Shown here: one piece after another, positions 10,592 through 21,055 of the stretch
How the letters are laid out: each line of letters opens with the position of its first letter
How positions within the stretch are numbered: position 1 is the first letter of the stretch
NCBI GenBank assembly: GCA_037142555.1
Contig: JBAXAJ010000001.1
Coordinates: 104,423 to 168,422 of the forward strand
Length of the DNA: 64,000 bases
Origin: Candidatus Shapirobacteria bacterium
GTDB lineage: Bacteria > Patescibacteriota > Microgenomatia > UBA12405
Direction: 5' to 3'
The notes under the pieces: model-generated
The model's input: only the letters and a program-made list of their open reading frames with translations
Told to the model about the DNA's origin: nothing
Database searches by the model: none
Program-made: the position numbers and the translations under genes

Positions 10592-11478
10592 ACAAAATAA
10601 TCGGAACAGGTTTAAGTGGTCTAGTTGGCAGTCGCATCGTCGAAATTCTAAAAGATAAATATGAATTTGTCGATTTTTCTCTAGATTCTGGTGTCAACAT
10701 TTTAGACAAAGAAAGTTTAGCTGCTGCTTTTGAAGCTAACAAAGATGCTGTTGCCATTCTTCATTTAGCTGCTTTCACCGACACTAATGCTGCTTGGGAG
10801 CAACTTGGGGATGAGACTGGTCTTTGTTATCAACTCAATGTTGAGGGCACCAGAAACATTTTAAATCTAGCCCAAAAATATAATCAATATTTTATCTATA
10901 TTTCCACTGATTTTGTTTTTGATGGTCAAAAATCAACTCCTTATCTTGAAACTGACGCTCCAACTCCAATTGAATGGTATGGTGAAACTAAATATCTAGG
11001 GGAAAAAGTAATTGAAGATTCAGGCTATCAAAACTTTAATATTTCCAGAATTACCTATCCTTACAGAGCCAAATTTGAACCAAAAGTTGACATCATCAGA
11101 AAAGTCATAGCTAAACTTCAGAATAATGAAGAAGTAAAAATGTTTTCTGATCAAATTTGCACCTACACTTTCATTGATGATATTGCTAAGGCTTTGGGCT
11201 ATTTTTTAGAAAATAAAACAAATGGAATCTATCATCTAGTCGGTTCATCTTCACATTCTCCATATGAAATGTGTCAAAAGATTGCCGAGGCTTTTAATTT
11301 AAACAAAGATTTAATTTCTGCTTCCAGTCTAGAAGACTACATTAAATCTCAACCAGAAGGGAGTCGCCCTTGGCAAAAGACTCTAACCACTTCAAACAAA
11401 AAAATAACTGATCTCGGAATTCACATGTCGACTCTTGAAGAAGGCCTTCAAAAAATCAAAATCCAAATGGGTCTTTAA
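10588..11478 (+). CDS. rmlD: dTDP-4-dehydrorhamnose reductase-like NAD(P)-dependent sugar-nucleotide reductase
   Basis: Gly-rich N-terminus GTGLSGLVG, a Y-x3-K motif (YGETKYLGE), a length of ~296 aa, and an operon position after rmlBC. Confidence 0.6.
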   Translation: MNKIIGTGLSGLVGSRIVEILKDKYEFVDFSLDSGVNILDKESLAAAFEANKDAVAILHLAAFTDTNAAWEQLGDETGLCYQLNVEGTRNILNLAQKYNQYFIYISTDFVFDGQKSTPYLETDAPTPIEWYGETKYLGEKVIEDSGYQNFNISRITYPYRAKFEPKVDIIRKVIAKLQNNEEVKMFSDQICTYTFIDDIAKALGYFLENKTNGIYHLVGSSSHSPYEMCQKIAEAFNLNKDLISASSLEDYIKSQPEGSRPWQKTLTTSNKKITDLGIHMSTLEEGLQKIKIQMGL

Positions 11479-11575
11479 GCTTGATTATTATCCTATATAT
11501 TGTTAGAATGCACAGGTATTGAAGTCAAATCATCATTGCTTTGGTTCAAGAATTTTCGATACGCGCACGTTAAAA

Positions 11576-11597
11576 AACCGTAAAATACAAAAAAAGA
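11576..11597. repeat. Left arm of a ~22-bp imperfect inverted repeat flanking ORF 11619-12032
   Basis: aaccgtaaaatacaaaaaaag; the reverse complement of the right arm is aaccgtaaaatactaaaaaaag. Confidence 0.6.
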
Positions 11598-11618
11598 AAA
11601 AAAAAGGAGCTGGTATGA

Positions 11619-12032
11619 ATGCAACAAAAATTCAACTGTGTAGCAGAATTTAGGTTATGGAAAACAGAAAGGCATTTCAAAAAATTTCTTCACTTCATTG
11701 GATTGAACATTGAATTTCGCGAAAATTGGTATTCCGAAATCGGATACTGTGAAACAAAAAATGTAATAGTATCAAAAAAGGAAGACGAACATCATCATCT
11801 CTCTTACCAAATAAAGAAACTTCAAAGTCTTATTTATGAAGATTTTAAACAGCACCATCCAAAAGGGGTTCAAGAAATAGAGTATTTGCTAAAAATCTAT
11901 CATAAGATAGAAGAGAATATTGCTTTTGCTTTAAGTAATGACATTTCAAAAGAGTTTTCAAAATTTGAAAAATATCTTCATAGAATTCATGAAGTAAATT
12001 TTAAAATTGAATTATTCTTTTCTATTAAATAG
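11619..12032 (+). CDS. Hypothetical protein (137 aa), His/Lys/Glu-rich with no recognisable domain
   Basis: ORF preceded by an AAGGAG Shine-Dalgarno ~10 nt upstream and followed by a perfect hairpin terminator. Confidence 0.45.
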   Translation: MQQKFNCVAEFRLWKTERHFKKFLHFIGLNIEFRENWYSEIGYCETKNVIVSKKEDEHHHLSYQIKKLQSLIYEDFKQHHPKGVQEIEYLLKIYHKIEENIAFALSNDISKEFSKFEKYLHRIHEVNFKIELFFSIK

Positions 12033-12036
12033 AAAT

Positions 12037-12067
12037 GAGAGGAGTTTCTCCTCTCTTTCCTTTTTTT
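12037..12067 (+). terminator. Rho-independent terminator
   Basis: gagaggag-ttt-ctcctctc perfect 8-bp stem followed by a T-rich run. Confidence 0.65.
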
Positions 12068-12068
12068 A

Positions 12069-12090
12069 GTATTTTACGGTTATTTTATTA
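12069..12090. repeat. Right arm of the inverted repeat (pairs with 11576-11597)
   Basis: gtattttacggttattttatt; the core 13 bp GTATTTTACGGTT is the exact reverse complement of AACCGTAAAATAC at 11576-11588. Confidence 0.6.
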
Positions 12091-13261
12091 AATCAGCCAT
12101 TTTCTTCGCTTCTCTAATCGCATAATTAATTCCCCTGTCTTCCGGATAAATTTGAGCAAAATTCAATTGATATAAATTATCTTTAATCTTGTATTTTGGA
12201 GCCTTATAATTTTTACCAACAATATGTTGAGCATTTTTCATTCTAAAAACTTTCTTTTCAATAATTTGTTTTTCATCAAATTCAGGTTTAATTTTCTTTA
12301 AATAATCAAAAAATTCTTTTTCAATTTCTTCATCACTACACTTAAAATATTTATGATCTTGAGTCACATAAGTCCCCAAGTAATAAATATTTTTCTCATT
12401 ATAATTTTTAGTCCCCATCAAATTAGTATGTTCAATCATCACCAAGAAAGGGGAGTTTAGATCATTAATGTTGTGCCAATAATCTTTACTCAGGCTTTGT
12501 TTTGAAGAAAAAACCACATTCACCGCTCCTAAATATTCAATATCTTTAACCGGTCTAGTATCAATCACTACATCAAAAGCCTCCCTGTCAAGGGAGGTGT
12601 CCGCAGGACGGAGGGTTTGTACATTTATTTTTTCTGCCAATTTATCAATAATTTGTCTAAAACCTCCATCCATATATCCCAACACCTCATCACCACTCTC
12701 ATCTTTTGACCCACCTCTAGTGTGAATTCTTGCCCAAAGCCAAGCCATTGAAATTTTTTCATAGTATTGATGGAATTTACCACGTAAAAGTGGTTCCCAA
12801 ATGACTTTATACGCCTCTTTCCCAGCCCATTTCTTCATCCACTCAACTGCTGTTTCATCTTCATACTTTTGCCAATTTTTATCAAGTTTGAGCCATAAAT
12901 AGACTAAACCTAGTCTAAATTTATCCAAAAATCCTAATTCACCAAACTTTAATAAATCAATTGCACCTAAGAATGGATAAAATTTATCATTATAAAAAAG
13001 TGAAATCGAACTTTTATGCCATTTAAGCTTATTTTTTAAACCTAATTCTTCAATTAAATTAATTATTTCACTATCATTTTTAAAAATATGGTGATAAGTC
13101 TTTTCTAAATTTTCACTCTCCATTTCAAAACTCGATAATAAACCCCCAATTTCTTTCTCTTTTTCAAAAACAGTGACTGTATGTCCTTTTTTTGTTAATT
13201 CATATCCAAGGCTCAATCCGCCAATTCCAGCTCCAATTATTGCAATTTTTTTACTATCCAT
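12080..13261 (-). CDS. FAD-dependent oxidoreductase (amine-oxidase/phytoene-desaturase-like fold)
   Basis: N-terminal dinucleotide-binding motif KIAIIGAGIGGLSLGYEL…VFEKEKEIGG. Confidence 0.6.
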   Translation of the reverse strand: MDSKKIAIIGAGIGGLSLGYELTKKGHTVTVFEKEKEIGGLLSSFEMESENLEKTYHHIFKNDSEIINLIEELGLKNKLKWHKSSISLFYNDKFYPFLGAIDLLKFGELGFLDKFRLGLVYLWLKLDKNWQKYEDETAVEWMKKWAGKEAYKVIWEPLLRGKFHQYYEKISMAWLWARIHTRGGSKDESGDEVLGYMDGGFRQIIDKLAEKINVQTLRPADTSLDREAFDVVIDTRPVKDIEYLGAVNVVFSSKQSLSKDYWHNINDLNSPFLVMIEHTNLMGTKNYNEKNIYYLGTYVTQDHKYFKCSDEEIEKEFFDYLKKIKPEFDEKQIIEKKVFRMKNAQHIVGKNYKAPKYKIKDNLYQLNFAQIYPEDRGINYAIREAKKMADLIK

Positions 13262-13295
13262 CCCTTATTATAAAATAGTTATAATAAATTAACTA

Positions 13296-14528
13296 ATGAC
13301 CATTTTTAAATTAATACCATTTTGGGTTTTTATTTTGCTATTTCAACTAGGTGGAAACATCCATTACACTTTTTTGCCAGTTCTTGGTCAAAGACTAACT
13401 GACACTTGGATAGTTGGAATTGTAATTAGTGCTCTTTCTTTTACCCAATTAATGATGGACATTCCCGCTGGATTTTTACTCGATCGTTTTGGTTATCGAA
13501 AAATGATTCGAATCGGAACTGTGATTTTTATTTTGTCTTGTCTAATTTTGGCCTTTGTCCCAGGTTTCCTAGGTTTTGTTCTAGCTTCCATCAGTGCTTC
13601 TTTTGGTTGGCTTTTTTCAATGCCAGGGATTAATGCTTATATTCTTTCTTCAGCCCCAACCAAATCCGCTGAAAAATTTATAGTTTCTCGAGATATTGTC
13701 AGTGCTATTGGTATCGGTTTAGGTTCAATAGCCATCACCTACACAGTCGGGCTAACATCCACCACTGTTGGTTTAATTGCTGCCGCAGTCCTTTCTATGG
13801 CTTTAGTTTTTATTTGGATTTCTCCAAAAGAAACTGCTTCAGTTCACCAAGAAATAAAAGTAAAACACCATCATTTCTATATCAGACGCCATATCTTTAA
13901 AAAATTATTTTCTGCTCTTAATAAACTAAACCCAGCCAGTTGGATGCTTATTTCTCAAGCTCTTTGTTCAAGCATCTTTTATTCAATTGTTTGGTTTGTT
14001 GTTCCAATCATGATTATGGATCCAACCAAAGAAATATTTGGTATCAGTCTTGGTGTTTTTGACTTAGCCATTATATCTCTAGGTTTATTACTTGGTAAGT
14101 TATGTCAAAAAATTAAAGAAAGAAGAGCTATTGTTTTAGGTTTATCTATTTTTGCTTTATCAGCTCTAATAATAGGTAATCAAAATCAATGGTTTTTCCT
14201 ACTTTTTGCTTTTCTAGCCACTTCTGGTGATGAACTATCCAGTGTTTCTCTTTGGTCTTGGTTGGCTAAACTTGATAAAGACCATGGAACAGATGGAGAG
14301 GTTGCCAGTGTTGTCTCCTTCTTTAATGATTTAGGTTGGAGCATCGGTCCAGTCACTGCTGGCATATTATATGGAATCTTTGGTGGTGAATTAACCATAA
14401 CTTTTGCCGCAATTCCAATTTTGATTACCTTTTTAATTTCTGTAATCCTAATTATTAAGTATAATCACACCCTTAATTTTGATAGTTCTAATGTCAGTGC
14501 ACCTAGAAGAATCCGAAGCAAGAGGTAA
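13296..14528 (+). CDS. MFS transporter
   Basis: About 12 predicted hydrophobic helices, an MFS-like D-R-x-G-[YR]-[RK] loop (LLDRFGYRKM), and a length of 410 aa. Confidence 0.65.
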   Translation: MTIFKLIPFWVFILLFQLGGNIHYTFLPVLGQRLTDTWIVGIVISALSFTQLMMDIPAGFLLDRFGYRKMIRIGTVIFILSCLILAFVPGFLGFVLASISASFGWLFSMPGINAYILSSAPTKSAEKFIVSRDIVSAIGIGLGSIAITYTVGLTSTTVGLIAAAVLSMALVFIWISPKETASVHQEIKVKHHHFYIRRHIFKKLFSALNKLNPASWMLISQALCSSIFYSIVWFVVPIMIMDPTKEIFGISLGVFDLAIISLGLLLGKLCQKIKERRAIVLGLSIFALSALIIGNQNQWFFLLFAFLATSGDELSSVSLWSWLAKLDKDHGTDGEVASVVSFFNDLGWSIGPVTAGILYGIFGGELTITFAAIPILITFLISVILIIKYNHTLNFDSSNVSAPRRIRSKR

Positions 14529-14578
14529 GTTAATTAAAAATATTGTAAAATTGATTTGAAATGGTATCATAAGACCAT

Positions 14579-14607
14579 CCGCTGTTGCTCAAATGCAACG
14601 GTTTTTA
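14579..14607 (+). terminator. Rho-independent terminator after the MFS gene
   Basis: ccgctgttgc-tcaaat-gcaacgg hairpin followed by ttttta. Confidence 0.6.
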
Positions 14608-14629
14608 TTATTAAATATAGATATATTAT

Positions 14630-16735
14630 ATGGCTGAACAAATTAAACTTACAAAAAATAGAGATGTAACCATGGATAAAGTCCGTAACATCGGAATTAT
14701 TGCTCACATCGACGGTGGTAAAACTACTACAACTGAAAGAATTTTATTTTATACCGGAAAAATCCACAAAATCGGTTCTGTTGACGAAGGTTCAACCACC
14801 ACCGATTCTATGGCTCAAGAAAAAGAAAGAGGAATCACTATCCAATCTGCTTGTATCACTACTTTTTGGAAAGATTATCGTCTAAACATAATCGACACTC
14901 CTGGGCACGTTGACTTCACTGCTGAAGTTGAAAGATCTCTCCGAGTTCTAGACGGTGCCATCATGATTTTCGATGGTAATGCTGGAGTTCAAGCTCAATC
15001 TGAAACAGTTTGGCGACAAGCTGACAAATATGGTGTCCCTCGAATTGCTTTTGTGAACAAAATGGACAAAATCGGTGCTTCTTTTAAAGGCACTCTTCAA
15101 AGTATTAACGAAAAACTTAAAGCTCCAATCGTTCCAGTCGTCATTCCTGTCGGTGAAGAACATGACCACATTGGTGTCATCGATCTTATGGAAATGAAGA
15201 TGATTGTTTACGATAAAGATGAACAAGGAATGGATTTCACTACTAAAGATGTCACTGATGAATATAAAGATGCTGCAATTAAAGCTCGAGCTGAAATGGT
15301 CGAAAAAATTGCTGGTGAAGATGAAGCTCTAATGGAAAAATTCTTAAATGATGAAGAAATTAGTATCCCAGAATTAAAAGCTGTTCTTCGCAAAGCTACT
15401 ATTGATCGAAAACTTTTCCCAGTTTACTGCGGTGCTGCCTGGAGAAATAAAGGTATCCATCCAGTTCTAGACGGAATCATCAATTATTTGCCATCTCCTC
15501 TAGATTTACCTGCAATTGAAGGTTATGATCCTGAAACTAGTGAAGTTTTGACTAGAAAACCAGAAAGAACTGAACCTCTTTCAGCTCTTCTTTTCAAAGT
15601 TCAATCAGATGCTCATGTCGGAACTCTATCTTATGTTCGTGTCTATTCAGGAACTCTTAAAGCTGGTTCTGAAGTCTATAACACTACCAAGAAAAAAAGC
15701 GAAAGAATAGGACGTTTATTGTTAATGCATGCTGACAAAAGAGAAGGTCTTGAACAAGCTTTTGCTGGAGAAATTGTTGCCTGTATTGGTTTAAAAGAAT
15801 CAACCACTGGTGATACTCTCTGCGATGTAAACAACATTATCTCTCTATCTCCAATTCAATTTTCTGATCCAGTCATTTCTCTATCAGTCGAACCTCTAAC
15901 CACTGATGACCAAGAAAAAATGGGTACAGCTCTTAACCGTCTATCAATTGAAGATCCTACTTTTAAAGTTTCATACAACCACGAAACTGGTCAAACCATC
16001 ATCGCTGGTATGGGAGAACTCTATCTAGAAATCATCGTTGATCGTTTAAAGAGAGAATTCGGTGTCGGTGTCAAAACCGGTGCTCCTCAAGTTGCCTATC
16101 GTGAAGCTATTTCTGCTCCAGCTGATGGTGAAGGTAAATATATTCATCAATCTGGTGGTCATGGTCAATATGGTCATTGTAAAATCAAAATTGAACCTAA
16201 GAATAGAGGAGAAGGTGTTGAATTTGTTAACGCCGTCAAAGGTGGAGCAATTCCATCAAACTTCATTCCTGCTATTGAAAAAGGTGTCCGAGAAACTCTA
16301 ACTAAAGGTATCATTGCTGGCTATCCAGCTACCGACATTAAAGTCACTGTTTATGATGGAACCTACCACGAAGTCGATTCTTCTGAAATGGCTTTCAAAC
16401 TAGCTGGTGCTTATGCTATCAAAGACGCTTTCGTCAAAGCTAACCCACAAGTTCTCGAACCTATCATGAAATTCGAAGTTAACACTCCATCAGAATTTTT
16501 AGGGACAGTAATTGGTGACCTTTCATCTCGCCGTGGTCAAATCAATGGAACCAGTGAAACTGGAACCTTCACTACTATTAATGCTTTCATTCCTCTAGAA
16601 GCAATTCGAGGTTATGCTACCGTTATTAGATCTTTGACTCAAGGACGAGGCGATTTCTACATGGAACCATCTCATTATGATCCAGTTCCTCGTGACGTCC
16701 AAGAAGAATTAACTACAAAAGTCGGTAATAGATAA
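14630..16735 (+). CDS. fusA: Elongation factor G
   Basis: AHIDGGKTTTTERIL and DTPGHVDF G-domain motifs, 701 aa, positioned immediately upstream of tuf. Confidence 0.95.
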   Translation: MAEQIKLTKNRDVTMDKVRNIGIIAHIDGGKTTTTERILFYTGKIHKIGSVDEGSTTTDSMAQEKERGITIQSACITTFWKDYRLNIIDTPGHVDFTAEVERSLRVLDGAIMIFDGNAGVQAQSETVWRQADKYGVPRIAFVNKMDKIGASFKGTLQSINEKLKAPIVPVVIPVGEEHDHIGVIDLMEMKMIVYDKDEQGMDFTTKDVTDEYKDAAIKARAEMVEKIAGEDEALMEKFLNDEEISIPELKAVLRKATIDRKLFPVYCGAAWRNKGIHPVLDGIINYLPSPLDLPAIEGYDPETSEVLTRKPERTEPLSALLFKVQSDAHVGTLSYVRVYSGTLKAGSEVYNTTKKKSERIGRLLLMHADKREGLEQAFAGEIVACIGLKESTTGDTLCDVNNIISLSPIQFSDPVISLSVEPLTTDDQEKMGTALNRLSIEDPTFKVSYNHETGQTIIAGMGELYLEIIVDRLKREFGVGVKTGAPQVAYREAISAPADGEGKYIHQSGGHGQYGHCKIKIEPKNRGEGVEFVNAVKGGAIPSNFIPAIEKGVRETLTKGIIAGYPATDIKVTVYDGTYHEVDSSEMAFKLAGAYAIKDAFVKANPQVLEPIMKFEVNTPSEFLGTVIGDLSSRRGQINGTSETGTFTTINAFIPLEAIRGYATVIRSLTQGRGDFYMEPSHYDPVPRDVQEELTTKVGNR

Positions 16736-16856
16736 ACTGGCTAGTAATTTAGGCTAATATAGTCAAACTTTATCTATTATTTATGATAAAATTTCTGTTA
16801 CCTTAATTTAGATAAAAGTTTTCTAAAAAAAGCATTAAATTGCTTGGTTTTGTATG

Positions 16857-16885
16857 TTGCAAAGCTCTTGCCCAGCTGGTACAAT
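16857..16885 (+). promoter_or_regulatory. Putative sigma70-type promoter for tuf (TTGCAA-17-TACAAT)
   Basis: ttgcaa agctcttgcccagctgg tacaat lies ~80 nt upstream of the tuf Shine-Dalgarno (AAGGAG). Confidence 0.5.
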
Positions 16886-16965
16886 CTAAAAGCATTTTAA
16901 TCTTAAATATTATTAATTTTAAATTTCGTCTTAACAAAGACAATAAATAAAAGGAGAAAAATCAA

Positions 16966-18138
16966 ATGGCAGATACTTATCAAAGAAATAAGCCACACGT
17001 CAATGTCGGAACCATTGGTCACGTCGATCATGGAAAAACCACTTTAACTGCAGCAATTTCAAAAGTCCAAGGTAGCTCAAAATCATACGCAGACATCGCT
17101 AAGGGCGGTACTGTTCGTGATGCTTCCAAAATCGTTACTATCGCTATTTCTCACATCGAATACGAAACTGAGAACAGACATTACGCTCACATCGACTGTC
17201 CAGGACACGCTGATTATGTCAAAAACATGATTACCGGTGCTGCTCAAATGGATGGAGCTATTTTAGTCGTTTCTGCACCAGACGGTCCAATGCCTCAAAC
17301 TAGAGAACACGTTCTTCTAGCTAAACAGGTTAACGTTCCATCTTTGGTCGTTTTCTTAAACAAAGTTGATTTAGTTGAAGATCCAGAATTCTTAGAACTA
17401 GTTGAAATGGAAATCCGAGATTTATTAACTAAATACGGTTTCCCAGGTGATGAAACTCCAATCATTCGTGGTAGTGCTCTTAAAGCTCTAAACGGTGATG
17501 CTGAAGGTATTGAATCTATTAAGAAATTAATGGAAGCTCTTGATACCTACATTCCTGAACCTGTTCGTGAACTTGATAAACCTTTCTTAATGCCAATTGA
17601 AGACGTTTTCTCAATCAAAGGTCGAGGAACTGTTGCTACTGGTAGAATCGAAAAAGGTATCATTAAAATCAATGATGAAATTGAAATCGTTGGTTTAAGA
17701 GACACTAAAAAAGCTATTGTTACTGGTGTTGAAATGTTCCACAAACTACTTGATCAAGGTCAAGCAGGTGATAACGTTGGATTATTGCTCCGCGGAGTTG
17801 AAAAAGATGACATCGAAAGAGGTCAAGTTTTAGCTAAGCCAGGTTCAATCACTCCTCACACTGAATTCAAAGCTGAAGTCCTTTTACTTAAAAAAGATGA
17901 AGGTGGTCGACATACTCCAATCTTCTCTGGTTACAGACCACAAGTTTTCATCAGAACTACTGATGTAACTGGTGACATCTCTCTTCCAGAAGGTATGGAA
18001 ATGGTCATGCCAGGCGACAATGCCACTGTTAACGTTAAATTAATTAAACCTGTTGCTATGCAAGAAGGTCAAAGATTCGCTATTCGTGAAGGTGGTTTGA
18101 CCGTCGGTGCAGGAGCTATAACAGAAATTATTAAATAA
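16966..18138 (+). CDS. tuf: Elongation factor Tu
   Basis: [22 protein letters not shown] and NKVDLV motifs; 390 aa. Confidence 0.95.
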   Translation: MADTYQRNKPHVNVGTIGHVDHGKTTLTAAISKVQGSSKSYADIAKGGTVRDASKIVTIAISHIEYETENRHYAHIDCPGHADYVKNMITGAAQMDGAILVVSAPDGPMPQTREHVLLAKQVNVPSLVVFLNKVDLVEDPEFLELVEMEIRDLLTKYGFPGDETPIIRGSALKALNGDAEGIESIKKLMEALDTYIPEPVRELDKPFLMPIEDVFSIKGRGTVATGRIEKGIIKINDEIEIVGLRDTKKAIVTGVEMFHKLLDQGQAGDNVGLLLRGVEKDDIERGQVLAKPGSITPHTEFKAEVLLLKKDEGGRHTPIFSGYRPQVFIRTTDVTGDISLPEGMEMVMPGDNATVNVKLIKPVAMQEGQRFAIREGGLTVGAGAITEIIK

Positions 18139-18140
18139 AT

Positions 18141-18452
18141 ATGTCCAAAGGTAACCGTATCCGAATTAAATTAAAGTCATTTGATCATCGTATTATCGAT
18201 GAAGCAGCTGTCAAAATTGTTGAGGCTGCGGTTACCGCTGGTGCTCAGGTTGAAGGTCCAATTCCTTTACCGACCGAAAGAAAAACAATCACCGTTTTAA
18301 CCAGTCCTCATACTGATAAAAACGCTCGTGAACATTTTAAAATATTAACCCATAAAAGGCTTATTAATATTTCTAACACTAGTCTTCGTACTGTTGATAG
18401 TCTTCAACACTTAGATTTACCCTCGGGAGTAGAAGTAGAGATTAAGATGTAA
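18141..18452 (+). CDS. rpsJ: 30S ribosomal protein S10
   Basis: IRIKLKSFDHRIID… matches S10; it is the first gene of the S10 operon. Confidence 0.95.
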   Translation: MSKGNRIRIKLKSFDHRIIDEAAVKIVEAAVTAGAQVEGPIPLPTERKTITVLTSPHTDKNAREHFKILTHKRLINISNTSLRTVDSLQHLDLPSGVEVEIKM

Positions 18453-18459
18453 TATAACT

Positions 18460-19080
18460 ATGATTTCAGGATTTATTGTAAAAAAAGGTTTCATGACCAG
18501 TGTATATACCGAAGACGGCAAGCGAATTGCTGTCACTAAGTGCGCCGCGTTACCTATTAAAGTAACTCAAATTAAAACAACCGAAAAAGATGGTTATCAA
18601 GCTGTTCAAGTTGCTTACGGAATCCGCAAAAAACTTGACAAAGCTACTGCTGGAAAATTAAGTAAAGCAAAAATTGATCTTAAACCTCAACATTTTAAAG
18701 AATTTAAAGCTCTTGCTGACCAAGAAATTGAAATAGGTAGTGACATCACTATCGATTCAGTTTTCGCAGTTGGCGACACTGTTGATGCTACCGGCACTAC
18801 TAAAGGTCGTGGTTTTGCTGGTGTTATCAAAAGACATGGTTTCAAGAAGCAACCAATCAAAAACGCTTCAGACAGAATCAGAGCCCCAGGTTCTATTGGT
18901 GCTCAAACTCCTGGTAAAGTTGTCAAAGGTAAAAAAATGCCAGGACACATGGGTAATGTAAATGAAACAGTCACTTTCCTTAAAGTTATCGATGTTAACA
19001 AAGAAACTAACGAAATATTAATTAGTGGTTCAATTCCTGGTTGTATCAATTCCTGGGTAACCATCTCTAAAAGATCATAA
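18460..19080 (+). CDS. rplC: 50S ribosomal protein L3
   Basis: Operon order; L3-like translation (…KGRGFAGVIKRHGF…). Confidence 0.9.
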   Translation: MISGFIVKKGFMTSVYTEDGKRIAVTKCAALPIKVTQIKTTEKDGYQAVQVAYGIRKKLDKATAGKLSKAKIDLKPQHFKEFKALADQEIEIGSDITIDSVFAVGDTVDATGTTKGRGFAGVIKRHGFKKQPIKNASDRIRAPGSIGAQTPGKVVKGKKMPGHMGNVNETVTFLKVIDVNKETNEILISGSIPGCINSWVTISKRS

Positions 19081-19082
19081 TT

Positions 19083-19718
19083 ATGAAAGCTCAAATCTAT
19101 AATATTAAAGCTGAAAATGTTGGTGAAATAGCCTTACCAAAAGCAATCTTTGAATCAAAAATTTGTGAAGATGTCATTTCTCGATCTATTCGTGCTTACT
19201 TAGCTGCTCAAAGAACCGCTAATCCAAAAACAAAAACTCGATCTGAAGTTAAAGCTACCAGAAAGAAAGTTTGGGCTCAAAAGGGGACTGGACGTGCTCG
19301 TCATGGTAACCGAACTGCTCCAATTTTTGCTGGTGGAGGTCGCGCTTGGGGTCCAAGAGGTGAACAAAACTACACTCTAGGAATCAATAAAAAGATGAAA
19401 AGAGTCGCTATAAATTCAATTTTGACTAAATTTGCTCAAGATAAAAAAATCATAATTATCGACAAATTTAATGATATTACTCCTAAAACTAAAGAAGCTA
19501 TTAAATTAATTACTGGACTTAAAGCTAATAATGAAGTATTATCTAAAAGTTCAAAAGTTGGTATTATTACTACTCAAACTCTAGATAATGTCTTAAGAGC
19601 TTTTGGTAATCTTAAAAAAATTAATCTTTTGTCCTTAAAATCATTAAATGCTTACGATCTTTCTAATCAAAACTTTTTGATTATTAGTAAGAAAGTAATC
19701 ACTCATTTTTCTAAATAA
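19083..19718 (+). CDS. rplD: 50S ribosomal protein L4
   Basis: Operon order; L4-like translation (…KKVWAQKGTGRARHG…). Confidence 0.9.
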   Translation: MKAQIYNIKAENVGEIALPKAIFESKICEDVISRSIRAYLAAQRTANPKTKTRSEVKATRKKVWAQKGTGRARHGNRTAPIFAGGGRAWGPRGEQNYTLGINKKMKRVAINSILTKFAQDKKIIIIDKFNDITPKTKEAIKLITGLKANNEVLSKSSKVGIITTQTLDNVLRAFGNLKKINLLSLKSLNAYDLSNQNFLIISKKVITHFSK

Positions 19719-19720
19719 AT

Positions 19721-20026
19721 ATGAATTCTATTAGTACACAACATATTATTTTAAAGCCAATCATAACTGAAAAAGCTTTAATCGAACAATCTAAGGGTAA
19801 ATATTGCTTTTGGGTTGCAAAATCAGCTAACAAGAATCAAATTGAAAAATCTTTTGAAATGGTTTTCGGAGTTAAACCTCTAGCAGTAAACACCATTATT
19901 CTTAAAGGTAAAATGAAAACTGATTGGAAAAAAAGAAAACCAATCAAAAAATCTGATCAAAAGAAAGCAATTATTACAGTTGCTAAAGATCAAAAAATCG
20001 AATTATTAACTATAAATAACAAATAA
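19721..20026 (+). CDS. rplW: 50S ribosomal protein L23
   Basis: Operon order; 101 aa. Confidence 0.85.
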   Translation: MNSISTQHIILKPIITEKALIEQSKGKYCFWVAKSANKNQIEKSFEMVFGVKPLAVNTIILKGKMKTDWKKRKPIKKSDQKKAIITVAKDQKIELLTINNK

Positions 20027-20030
20027 AATT

Positions 20031-20774
20031 ATGCCATTAGTTCGTCCAACATTAACTATCAAGAAAAAGAAAAGCGGTCGTGATGCTCAAGGTCATGTTT
20101 CTGTCAGACACCGAGGTGGAGAACATAAACGTTTCATCAGAACCCTAGAATGGAATCGAAATAAAATTGACATCAAAGCTAAAGTTATCGGGATTGAATA
20201 TGATCCAGGTCGAACAGCTGACATTGCTCTTTTATGTTATGACGATGGAACTAAATCCTACATTTTAGCGACTAGTGCTCTAAAAGTCGGTGATGTCGTC
20301 GTTTCTTCAGAAAATGCTCCAATAAAAGATGGTAACTGCCTAGCTCTTAAAAACATTCCAGTTGGAACTCCAATTCATGCCTTAACATTCCAAGTTGGTA
20401 AACCAGCTCAATTAGTAAAGAGTGCCGGTTCTGCCGCTTACATTCAAAGTGTCGATGGTAACAAAGCCATCGTTAAATTACCTTCTGGTGAAATTAGAAT
20501 TTTTCATGCTGACTCCAAAGCTACTATTGGTCAAGTCGGAAATGCTGATCACAGCAATCAAAAACTAACCAAAGCCGGTGACTCTCGTCATCGAGGTATC
20601 AGACCAACTGTTCGAGGTGTTGCTCAAAATCCTCATTCTCATCCACACGGTGGAGGTGAAGGTCGATCATCTATCGGTATGCATCCAAAAACTCCTTGGG
20701 GTAAACCAGCTTTCAAGAAAACCAGAAAGAAAAAGAATGCCTCTAATAAATTAATTATTAAAAAACGTAAATAG
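20031..20774 (+). CDS. rplB: 50S ribosomal protein L2
   Basis: L2 signature …[27 protein letters not shown]…. Confidence 0.95.
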   Translation: MPLVRPTLTIKKKKSGRDAQGHVSVRHRGGEHKRFIRTLEWNRNKIDIKAKVIGIEYDPGRTADIALLCYDDGTKSYILATSALKVGDVVVSSENAPIKDGNCLALKNIPVGTPIHALTFQVGKPAQLVKSAGSAAYIQSVDGNKAIVKLPSGEIRIFHADSKATIGQVGNADHSNQKLTKAGDSRHRGIRPTVRGVAQNPHSHPHGGGEGRSSIGMHPKTPWGKPAFKKTRKKKNASNKLIIKKRK

Positions 20775-20776
20775 TT

Positions 20777-21052
20777 ATGACTAGAAGTTCACGTAAAGGA
20801 CCATACATAGACGAGAAACTTATTTTAAAAGTTTCTAAAAAAACTGGTTCTGAACCTATTAAAACTTATGCCAGAAGCAGCCAAATATCTCCGGATTTTG
20901 TTGGCACTAACTTCGAAGTTCATAACGGTAAAAAGTTCATTAATGTCTATATTACTGAAGATATGGTTGGACATCGTCTAGGCGAATTCTCTCCAACTCG
21001 AACCTTCAAAGGTCATGGACGTGTTGTTAAAAGAATTATTGAAAAGACATAA
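20777..21052 (+). CDS. rpsS: 30S ribosomal protein S19
   Basis: S19-like translation (…[32 protein letters not shown]…). Confidence 0.95.
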   Translation: MTRSSRKGPYIDEKLILKVSKKTGSEPIKTYARSSQISPDFVGTNFEVHNGKKFINVYITEDMVGHRLGEFSPTRTFKGHGRVVKRIIEKT

Positions 21053-21055
21053 ACT

